Shown here one piece after another: positions 44,245-54,900 of a DNA stretch of 64,000 bases. The DNA comes from a virus (taxonomy: Duplodnaviria; Caudoviricetes). The translations under genes and the position numbers were made by a program. Within the stretch, counting starts at the first letter, position 1. Every line of letters starts with the position of its first letter. The notes beneath the pieces were generated by a model. It was not told the origin of the DNA. It did no database searches and saw only the letters and a list, made by a program, of their open reading frames with translations. The DNA is taken from IMG/VR virus record IMGVR_UViG_3300028580_000125, positions 1 to 64,000 of that record. One strand, given 5' to 3'.

Positions 44245-45930
44245 ATGCCTCTTTATAAGCCAAGCAACACTGCTGAATTGGCCCAATCTGCCATGAATGG
44301 CGCGACGCAGGCCGCAGCTGCGCAGACAAAGCAAACTGGAACTAAAACCGAAAAAGAAAGCAACTTCTGGGACGATCTCAACAAGGGAGCCGCAGCCGTT
44401 GCCTATGTTGGGCGTGGCCTTGACGGCCTCACAAAGGCCGCCGACGGCGCATGGAATATGTATGACAAGTACAAGCTCCGCGACGCCTACGATAACGTTG
44501 ACAAGGCCTACAGCGAAGGTGGCATAGACGCCATTCAGAATAACCCTGACATGCAGGATTATTGGCATTCAAAGGCATTCGGACAGTTCATGCTAGACCG
44601 GGCCAGTAACGAAAAGGGTCGCCTGGAAATGATGCAGAACATGGATGCCGCTGCTGATAAGATGTATCAGGACTGGCGCATACAGGCCATGGGAGTTCGT
44701 CAGGCGTACACATCTGGCGACACGCAAAAATTCATGCCGATGATGCAGCAGCTTTCAACCAACTCTCCCCTGCCCTACAAGCTTGAGCCGACAAATGACG
44801 GCAATTTCAAGGTTCTGTTCCGCTCCGATGAAAAAGGTGGATGGGCAGATACCGGCAGGACGATGACGCAGCAAGAAGCCATGGGCGAGGTCGACAATGT
44901 GCTACGCGGCGAGCAGTCAATGCTCCGTGGCGTAGACGGCAAAACCGTGCCCGTTAACCTCGCCTTCAACAAGGCGGCCGTAAGGTCGTATTGGTTGACG
45001 CAAATAGGGAACGCAGAAAACAGGACTGACCCAAAGCGACAGATCCCACTCTACAACTCTGAAGGAAAGCCAACCGGCATCGGCATTGTCCAGAATCCCC
45101 TCGATGACTACAGCGTAGGGCCAAAGCTCCTTGTGTATGGGAATGGTGGTCGGCAGATCGGAACATTTGACGGGTATGATGGGGCAATGAAGGCTGGATA
45201 TATCCCCTTTGCGCCCCCAAAGGGTAAGGGTGGTGCAAAAGGCGGGGCCGCTGGGGAAGGCGGTGGTTATTCTCTGACGCAGGGCGATATTGGTGCCCTT
45301 CAAAAATATGCCACCTCTGAAAACGAGATGGGTGAAAAGTCTGTTGATTATGAAAAAGCTGCGTTCCTAGAACAATTTGTGAGAACAACTGGCCTATCTC
45401 CGCTGCAGGCCATTGCCGCGTATGATGGAAATATCAAGCGTGCAATGGAGATGGGGGCAAGTCGTGGACAAGCAGAAAGGGCTACTATGTCTCTCCTTGC
45501 CCAGCGTATTTCTGGCGGGCAACGGGGGCAATCTCCGCAACATGGTCAATCAGAGCAATCTCCGCAGCAGTCACCTTCGCAGCAACAACAGAACCCCAAG
45601 GTTCGAGGAAGAATACAGGGTATACTTGGCCTTGCACCGCAAGAAGATCAGCAAGGTGGGGCAAGCGGTGGTTATGGCGGCGCGCCTGCAACGCTTAGCG
45701 GAAATTACCGCGACAATCTAGAACGCCAGGCAACTACTCGACAGGCACTCGCAGAAAGCGGCGATTACCCAACGGAAATTGTTGGGCTGCCGGGGCTGGG
45801 CATTAACAGCGGCGCTCTTGTTGAGGGCGACAATGTTCGCGGCCAAGGCATGCTGAGTGGCATTGGCCTCAGGCCGTCACCGTTTGGGCAGACAGAAAGT
45901 CAAAAATGGCGGCAGCATTTCAACAGGTAA
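44245..45930 (+). CDS. Internal virion / ejection protein
   Basis: AGGAG RBS; N-terminus similar to that of the preceding gene; position before the giant gene. Confidence 0.6.
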   Translation: MPLYKPSNTAELAQSAMNGATQAAAAQTKQTGTKTEKESNFWDDLNKGAAAVAYVGRGLDGLTKAADGAWNMYDKYKLRDAYDNVDKAYSEGGIDAIQNNPDMQDYWHSKAFGQFMLDRASNEKGRLEMMQNMDAAADKMYQDWRIQAMGVRQAYTSGDTQKFMPMMQQLSTNSPLPYKLEPTNDGNFKVLFRSDEKGGWADTGRTMTQQEAMGEVDNVLRGEQSMLRGVDGKTVPVNLAFNKAAVRSYWLTQIGNAENRTDPKRQIPLYNSEGKPTGIGIVQNPLDDYSVGPKLLVYGNGGRQIGTFDGYDGAMKAGYIPFAPPKGKGGAKGGAAGEGGGYSLTQGDIGALQKYATSENEMGEKSVDYEKAAFLEQFVRTTGLSPLQAIAAYDGNIKRAMEMGASRGQAERATMSLLAQRISGGQRGQSPQHGQSEQSPQQSPSQQQQNPKVRGRIQGILGLAPQEDQQGGASGGYGGAPATLSGNYRDNLERQATTRQALAESGDYPTEIVGLPGLGINSGALVEGDNVRGQGMLSGIGLRPSPFGQTESQKWRQHFNR

Positions 45931-45954
45931 TCGAATTTCAAAGGAGATATCGAC

Positions 45955-48900
45955 ATGCCCAAACAAAAGGCCCCACGGCCTACGAAGACCAATACAGGCG
46001 ATTACCTGCTTGATTTCGACGGGACAGATTTCAGCCAGTTCGGCGGCCAACAGGCGCAGCAGCAGGAAGAAGAACCTGGACTTATGAGCAAGATTGGCAG
46101 TTCTGCCCAGGCAATTGCTGAAGGTGCAACCATGCTGCCGGGCCAGATCGCTGATACGCTCAGGGATGCCTACCATGGCGGCGATGTGGATGTTACCGAT
46201 ACTGATGCCATTCGCGCGCGCCAGGCACGCGAGCAAGAGCGCGCAGACTACGGTAAAAAGTATGATGGCAAAGCCTTTGAGGGCGTAACCGATGCCATGA
46301 ATTCCATGGGCTATTCCATGGGAACAATGGGTGCAAGCCTCGGCGCTGCGGCCCTGGCTTCCCCTGCCGGGCCGATTGCCGCTGGCGCAGCAGGCATGGC
46401 CGCCTCTGGCGCCATGGCATACAGGGCAACAAAGCAGCAGTTTTTGCAGCAAATGCTTGGCGAGACGGAAAAGGTTCTTGGCCGCCTGCCAACACAGGAT
46501 GAGTGGGACAAGATCGCCACAGAGTTTGACGGCGAGGCAACGCGCTACGGTGCATGGGAAGCAGGCCCGGAAGCCCTGAGCAACCTCATTATGGCAAAAA
46601 TTCTCGGCCCGCTTGGAAAGGGCCTGTTGCGCGGCAGCGTGGGCCAGGGCATCAAGAGGATTGGCGGCCTGTATGGTGAAGAGCTTGCCACAGAAACAGC
46701 AACCCAGATGGGACAAGGCCAAGAAGAGGCCAATGTGGGCTTGCGCGACACAGCGCCGGGCGTCTGGGATGCGTTCAAGGAAATCGGCCCTGCTACGTTC
46801 TGGCAGACCACGCTCATGGCTGGCGGCAAGAAAGGTGCAGACATGCTTGCCAACCGCATGCGCGCACGTTCGCAACAGGTTGAAAATAATGTCGACCAGA
46901 CGCAGCAACAGGGGCAAGGCACAACGGGACTGACGAACCAAGCCGCATTGCCAATGGCGCAGGGGATATTTGCCTTGCCGCAGGGCGACGGCTCAATTCC
47001 CATGGGCAGCACAGATACGGGCCGGGGCCCCATTGCCGCAGGCGTTGTAGCTGGCCAGCAGCCAAAGCCTTTTCTCAGCGACGCTGACCATGCCGATACT
47101 GAGGCCTTTGTGCGTGCCTTTGAAGAGCGCGAGCGAAACAGGGATGACGAGGAAGCCCTTATCGAGTACGGCCAGCGTCAGGCCCGCTCGCCTGCTCAGC
47201 TTGCACTTGACCAGGGCGAAAACGTCGACCTGCTATCGCTTCCGCAGGGTAATGCGGCCATGGCCATGGGGACCGAAGACACCGGGCGCGGCCCGATTGC
47301 CCCGCCAACTGACTATGCAGGTCAGCCCATTGCGACCCCATATACGCCACGCCCCGCCCTTCCTGAACAGACTTCGCAATCTGCGGGCATGGGCCAGTGG
47401 GCTGGCGGGCGCTCGCAGCTTGCCTACGGGCCGAAGTCTGAACCGCAGATGATGCAGGGCTTGGGCATCATGTCGCAGCAGGGAGCACCAGTTCAGCCCC
47501 AGGCAATGCCCACCTCGGCACAAATCAACAATACACAGGCCGCGCCCCGTTCGGACACAACAGCCGCAGCTAATGCCCTTGGCATGCCCTCGCCGCAGGC
47601 TGTTCCACAGGAGGCCATGGCCCCGCAGAGGGCACAGGCTTTGCCCCCAATAATGCAGGGCATAGGCGCTGCGCCTGCGCAGCCAACACCCGCCCCACAG
47701 CAAGCGTTTACCAGCCAGCCGCAGCCAGAACAAAATTCAAGAGGTCCGTGGCTTGAGGTGGTTCATATTGGCGATTCTGCCCCTAAAGCAAAGCCTCGGC
47801 CGCAACAGAGTCAGCCTGCAGGGCGTGCAGATGACTCGCGCCCAATTGGAAAGAACAGCCGCGGGCAGCAAGTGTTCGAGGACAAAAATGGAGTGCGCTC
47901 TTATGCTGACGGCGGCGTGCGAGTTTCGCAGAGCGTTGGTGTTATCCCCGGCCATGGCATAACGTTTGATGGCCCTGACGCGCTGTATAAGAGCGGAAAG
48001 CAGGAGTACCTGACCAACGACGAGGTTAAAAGCCTTTCTGGTGGCACAAGTGAGCCTGAGAGCAAAAAGCCAAGCCGCATAGAGCTCATTCGCCAACTCC
48101 CCAAAGAAGAGCAGGCTGATGCCCGCAAGCTTCCAAACTCAAAGCTGTTGGAGCGAGTTCGCCAGCTTTCAGAGGTCAATACTGCTTCCGAAGATCAGCC
48201 GGGCGTGGTAGAATCTAACCATGCCAAGGAGGGCGAACATGCAGAAGCAAACGAAGGAAGAACGCGCGGAAATGAAGGAAAAGCTGAACCAGGTGTACGC
48301 AACCCTGACGAAGCCGTTGGAAACCCAGCTGATGGATCACATGAAGAAGTACACGCCGAACCAGGTGAAGGAATGGCTGACGGACGACGGGCCGAAGGCG
48401 CTCGCGGACTTCATTCAGGAACAGGTAGCGAGCGCGGAAAGCACGCGGGACGATACGGCGAAGAAGCTGATCGAAAAGGGGATGAGCGAGGGCGAAGCGT
48501 GGCCGATGGCGCGCGAAGTGGCGATGCAGGACTTTTGGCCACAAGCGGAACCCGGGCGCGAGGGGTAAAAGACTTTCGCATTTCCCCCGATGACCACATC
48601 GGAGAAGGTGGAAAGGTCGCCAAATTCAACGACAACCTTTCTGCCATTCGCACGCTCAAGGAAATTGAGCAGTCTGGCCGCCCAGCTACCGAAGACGAAC
48701 AGAGAACCCTTGCCCGGTATGTTGGCTGGGGTGGCCTTCCAGAAGTGTTTGCCGAAGGCGGCAAGGCCGACCCTGCGCTGACCCGCAGGCGCGCCGAATT
48801 GCGCGAACTTCTTTCGCCAAAAGAATTTGAAGAAGCGCGCAGATCCACAACGAACGCTCACTACACTTCGCCTGAAATCATCATGGCAATGTGGGATGCC

Positions 48901-51900
48901 ATTAAGCGTATGGGCTTTAAGGGCGGCAAAGTTCTTGAGCCTTCTATGGGCGTTGGCAACTTCATTGGCTTGATGCCTAATGACGTATACAAAAAGTCCC
49001 ACGTCACCGGCATTGAGCTTGATGGCATTACTGCGCGGATCGCAAAGCTGCTGTATCCGAAACAGACCATTCTTTCGCAGGGATTTGAAACTGCCAAACT
49101 GCGTGACGGCAGCTTTGACCTGGCCATATCCAACGTGCCATTCGGCGACTACAAGCTGCACGACACCCGCTACGCGAAGCACAATCTCTTCATCCACGAC
49201 TATTTCATCACTCGCGCGCTCGACCTTGTGCGCCCGGGCGGCGTGGTAGCCTTTATCACCACTTCCGGCTCACTGAACAGCGGGCGCTCAATGAATATGC
49301 GCCAGTTGGCCGCCGACAAGGCGCGCCTGCTCGGTGCTATTCGCCTGCCAGGCACATCATTCAGCAAGAATGCCCTCACGGACGTGACAACGGACATTCT
49401 GTTTTTGCAACGCCTTGGTGAGGGTGAAACCAACACCAGCCCCGCATGGAAGGATGTGGTTGATACCGACGTTGTTTCGGAGAAGACGGGCAAGCCGTTG
49501 CGGAACAACGAATACTATTCTGCGCACCCAGAAATGATGCTGGGGCAGCTGGCAGACGATAAGCTCTACCCTGGCAGGACGGCGCTTAAGGATGACGGCA
49601 GGGACATGCCGGCCGCTTTGGGTGACGCGCTGAAAACGCTCCCAGAAGGAGTGTTTTCTGGTGAAGGTCTGCGCCATGAGGATCAGAAAGCAACTGCCAA
49701 TGTGCAGATGCAGGACGCCAAAGAGGGCCAGCTGCTGCTGGATGGCAAAGGCAATATCGTTCAGGTGTCTGACGGGGAACTGAAAAACTATCCGGCTGAC
49801 GGAAAGAAAGCTGCGCGCATTGCCGGGATGATCGGGGTTCGTGATGCCCTGCGTTCAAACCTGCGGGCGCAGATGAACGGAGACGAAGACAGCATTGCGC
49901 ACTCCCGCACGGCTCTCAACGACGCTTACGACGCATTTGTGAAGCAGCACGGCTTCTTAAATGACAATGCCAACCGCCTGGCCATGTCAGAAGACCCCGA
50001 CTTTCCCCTTTTGCAAGCCCTGGAAAACAACTACACCAAGGGAAAAAACGGTGCGCCTTCCAAGGCTGAGAAGGCCGACATCTTCACCCGCCGGACAATC
50101 GCTGAACCCAAGATTATTGAGCACGCAGAGACGCCGCAGGATGCCCTGCACGCACAGCTTGCGGATATAGGCCGGGTTGATATTCCAGGCATTGCGAAAA
50201 TGACCGGCCTTTCTGAGCAGGCCGTTATTGACGATTTACACGGAACCATCTTTCAAAACCCCAAGGGAACCCGGTGGGAAACCGCTGACGACTATCTCTC
50301 TGGGAACGTCCGCAAAAAACTTGCTGAGGCAAAGAAGGCCGCCGAAAAGGACGTGAAGTTCAAGGAGAACGTTAAGGCTCTAGAAGCCGTGCAGCCGCAG
50401 GATGTGCCGCCACAAGACATCCGCGTTGACCTGGGCGCCGGGTGGGTTCCCTCGGCGCGCGTTGAAGAATTTGCGGCAAAAGTCCTTGGCATATCGCCTT
50501 CAGACGTATCGGCACGCTATTCAAAAGAACTGGCGCAATGGTCGCTGAACGTCAAAAAAAGCGGCCTAAGCAATGAGTACGGGACGCCAGAGCGTAGCGC
50601 ACTGGAACTGCTCAATGATTCGCTCAATCTGAAACAGGCAAAAATTCAGATCGACACGCCGGAAGGTGTGATCGTGAACAAGGAAGCCACCATTGCCGCC
50701 CGCGAGGCGCAACGCAAGTTGCATGAAGAATTCTCGCGCTGGATTCTGGAGGATGAAAAGCGCGCCGCTGAATTGGCCCGCATCTACAACGACACTTACA
50801 ATGCCATGCGCCTTTATGAGGCTGATGGCTCGCACCTTGTGTTGCCCGGCATTGCCGATACCATAGAGGGGAAACCCTTTGCCCTGCGCCCGCACCAGAA
50901 AAGCGCCGTGTGGAGGATTATCCAGAAGGGCAACACGCTGGTTGCCCATGCTGTTGGTGCTGGCAAAACGTATGAAATGATTGCCGCAGGCATGGAAATG
51001 AAGCGTCTTGGAATGATCAACAAGCCGCTTTACGTCGTTCCCAACCATATGCTTGAGCAGTGGTCGCGCGAGTTTTTGCAGGCCTACCCTGCCGCCAATA
51101 TCCTCGTTGCATCCAAGGCTGACCTTCAAAAGGAGAAGCGCCGCAAGTTTGTGAGCCGCATTGCCACTGGCAACTGGGATGCCGTGGTCATGACCCACTC
51201 TTCTTTTGGCCGCATTCCTATTTCAGTGGAGCGGAAAGAAAAACATATCCGCGATCAGATTGAGCAGTATGAATCTGCCCTGCGCGCCGAGAACGAAGAA
51301 AAGAAGGCTGGGCGCGGGCGTTCTGAAAACAGGCTTGTTAAGCAACTTGAAAAGCAGAAAATGCGCCTTGAAGAAAAACTTCGCACGCTGCTTGAAGACG
51401 GAAAAAATGCCAAAGATAACCAGGTGAATTTTGAAGAACTTGGCGTGGACTTCATGTTTGTCGATGAGGCCCATAACTTCAAGAATCTGAGCTACGTCAC
51501 GCGGATGCAGCGCATTGCCGGTCTGCCCAATAGTCATTCCCAGCGCGCTGAGGACATGCTTCTGAAGACGCAGTACCTCGACGAATTGCACCCTGGCAGG
51601 AGCCTTGTGTTTGCCACCGGCACGCCAATCTCCAATACCGTGGCCGAAATGTACACCATGACCAGGTATGTAGCTCCGCATCTGCTGCGCGAATCCGGCC
51701 TTGAAATGTGTGATTCTTGGGCGCGCCAGTTTGGCCGCACTGTCACCGGCATGGAAATATCGCCGGATGGCCGGAACTTCCGCGAAAATACCCGCTTCTC
51801 GCGTTTCACAAACGTGCCGGAACTTTTGACCATGTTCCGCAGCTTTGCCGACGTGAAGACCAAGGAAGACCTCGACCTGCCGCTTCCTGACCTCAAGGGC

Positions 51901-54900
51901 GGCAAGCCTGAAGTTGTGTCTGTAAAGCCGTCCGAATCCCTCACGAATTATGTCGATGAACTTGTGGCCAGGGCTGAGAAGATACGTGGCGGTTCCGTTG
52001 ATCCGCGCAAAGACAACATGCTCAAGGTGACAAGCGAGGGTCGCCTTGCTGCCCTGGACATGCGCCTGATTGACGACACGCTCCCTGCTGACCCCAATGG
52101 CAAGGTAGCGCGCGCGACTGACAACATCTACGACATCTGGAAATCCACATCGAAGGACAGACTCGCCCAGATGGTTTTCTGCGACCTCTCTGTGCCATCA
52201 AAGCAGAGGGCCAAAGGCCTGAAGGAGGCAGAAAACCAAGATCAGGACGGCGAAGCCGCCAAGCCTGAGGCAAGTCCTGATGATTTGCTGGCTGCCGCAT
52301 CTCGCGGGTCATTCAGCGTCTACGACGAGATCAAGAACAACCTCGTCGACATGGGTGTTCCAGCAGACGAAATTGCCTTTATCCATGACTTCAACGGCGA
52401 TAAGGCAAAGGCCCAGCTTTTTAAAGACGTGCGGGCGGGCAAGGTGCGGGTGCTCCTTGGTTCGACCGCTAAGATGGGAGAAGGAACGAACGTGCAGGAG
52501 CGACTTGTGGCTCTGCACCATCTGGACGCGCCCTGGAAGCCATCAGCCGTCGAACAGCGTGAAGGGCGAATTCTGCGCCAAGGCAACAAGAACAAAGAGG
52601 TGCAGATATACACCTATGTGACCGAGAACAGCTTTGATGCCTATATGTGGCAATTGCTGGAATCGAAGGCGCGCTTTGTGGCCACATCCATGCGCAGCGG
52701 TGTCACCGAGCGAGACATGGACGATATCAGCGTTACCGAACTTTCCGCTGCAGAAGCCAAGGCCGCCGCAACTGGAGATAAGCGCATCCTTGAAAAAGTT
52801 GGCCTGGACAACACCATATCTCGGTTGACCGTTCTGAAGCGTGAATTTGATCGCAACCAGTGGGCCAAGGGGCGCGAGGTAGCCGAATCTAAATCCCGCC
52901 TCGCCACGCTTACAGACATACTTGCTGCCGAAAAGAAAGATTTATCCCTGGCGGCAACGCTGACCGGGAAGAACTTTGCGCTCACCCTGCGCGGCAAAGA
53001 ATACACGAAGTCCACGGATGCAGCCGCGGCTATAATCAGCATTGTTTCTGACAAAAGCATCCCCAGCGGCGCAGTCATCGGCAAGGCTGGCGGCTTTGAT
53101 ATTACCATGTGGCGCAAGGCAACGGGCTATGAGTTTTCCCTGTCTGGGGAATCCTCGTTCAGTACCGGCGACACAACATCATCCGAAGGAGCCGTGACGC
53201 GCATCGTCAAGGGAGCCTCGCCAGAGAACAGCGCCAGCAGGATTGCGGCAACCGAAGAGGCCATTGCCAAAACAAACCGTAGACTTGATGGGGCAACGAA
53301 GTGGCTTACGAACAACAAGTCTTTCGACAGGCAAGAAGAACTGGAAACGGCCTTGGCCAGAAGCCAGGAGCTCGATGACGAGCTTGGTCTGTCTGCATCC
53401 AAGGATGCCAGCGTGATCAGCAATGAAGCTGACAGCGACAATGATCTTATGGCCTCAAAGGTGAACCCTGGCGAATACCTCCCCCCCGTTGACGGGAAAA
53501 AGGGCATGCGCCTTGAAGACGTACAGACCGTTGCTGACAAGATCGGGAAGCTGGCAAAAAATGCGGCAGCGTCGCGTGTCGTGCAAGGTTTTGACGAACT
53601 GCCATATTCGATCAGGGAGCGTTATTCGGACGCTAAAAACAGCGTCGAGGGCGTTTTTGACCCGCGTTCTGGCGTGGTCTGGATGGTGGCCGACAACCTC
53701 AGTGATCCAACGCGCGCGGCCGAGGTGTGGGCCCATGAACAGATTGTTCACCATGGCCTGCGCGGGCTGCTTCCGGCTGATGCCAGAAGGCGTGTGCTTA
53801 ACCAGCTTTGGCTTGGTGCTGGCGGCATGAAGAACGGCATGGTGAAGGACATTGCCAGCCGTTACGGCTTGGCCCCCACCAGAAGCTTGCAAGACCGTCA
53901 AACGGTTATGGAAGAAGTCATTGCTGCCCTGGCAGAAAAGAAGGGGCAGGGGCTTCTTGAGCGCGCCGAAGGCAACCTATGGCGCAGGGTTGTTTCTGCC
54001 CTGTACCGTGCATGGAACAGCCTCGTTCGCGCCGTTTCTGGGCGAGAAGGGGCTATGAACATGGACAACATTGATGCCTTGCTCTCCGCACTCGGAAGAC
54101 ATGTGATTGATGGGGAATCTTCCGGCATCACCCAGAAGGCCGGGCCGTTTGAACAGGCGGTTGCGCCAGCGTCGATGTCAACTGAGGGTGACGGCGGCGT
54201 TGAATTGGCTTCCCTTTCACCGAAAGACATTCTCGGCCTTACTGGCATAAAGGCCGCAAAGATTGCTGACGCACCAGAGATTCACCATATGTTCAAGAAG
54301 GATGACTTGAGCTTGATGCAGAGCATTTTTAATCTGCCGCATTGGATTGCCAAAAAAGCGCCGGCCTTTGCCAAAGTCTATGAACGGCAGTTGCAACGCT
54401 TGGATGATCGGTCATCCGCGCTCAAGGAAAGCCTTGAAACCGCGCCGAGCATTTTCGGCAAGGACAGACTCAAGCCTGCCGACATGGACAGCCTGAAAAA
54501 GCTGCTTTGGGAGCATGAGGGCCGGGACGCATGGCAGATTGACGCTTCCGGCGTTGACAAGTTTGTCACCAAGGAAACTCTGGCCAACGGGCGAGAATTA
54601 ATTTCTGTGAACCCTGAATTTTATCGGGAGTACAAGAAATGGCTCGGCGGCCTGGAAGGCACAAAGGCTGCCAAGGACGCAATGCTTGAAATTCGCAAGA
54701 GCCTTGATGAGGACTTGGTGCGGGCTCATAACCGCATGGCTGCAATGTCTGAAATGAGCGACGACGCGATCAGGGAGTTCCGGCAAAGCATTGGCCATGT
54801 GCCGAACTACTTTCCTCACCACCGATATGGGAACTACTTTATTCAAGCGAAGATCGGTGATGAGGTTGTTTTTAGGCAGCACTTTGATGCACTGAACACC

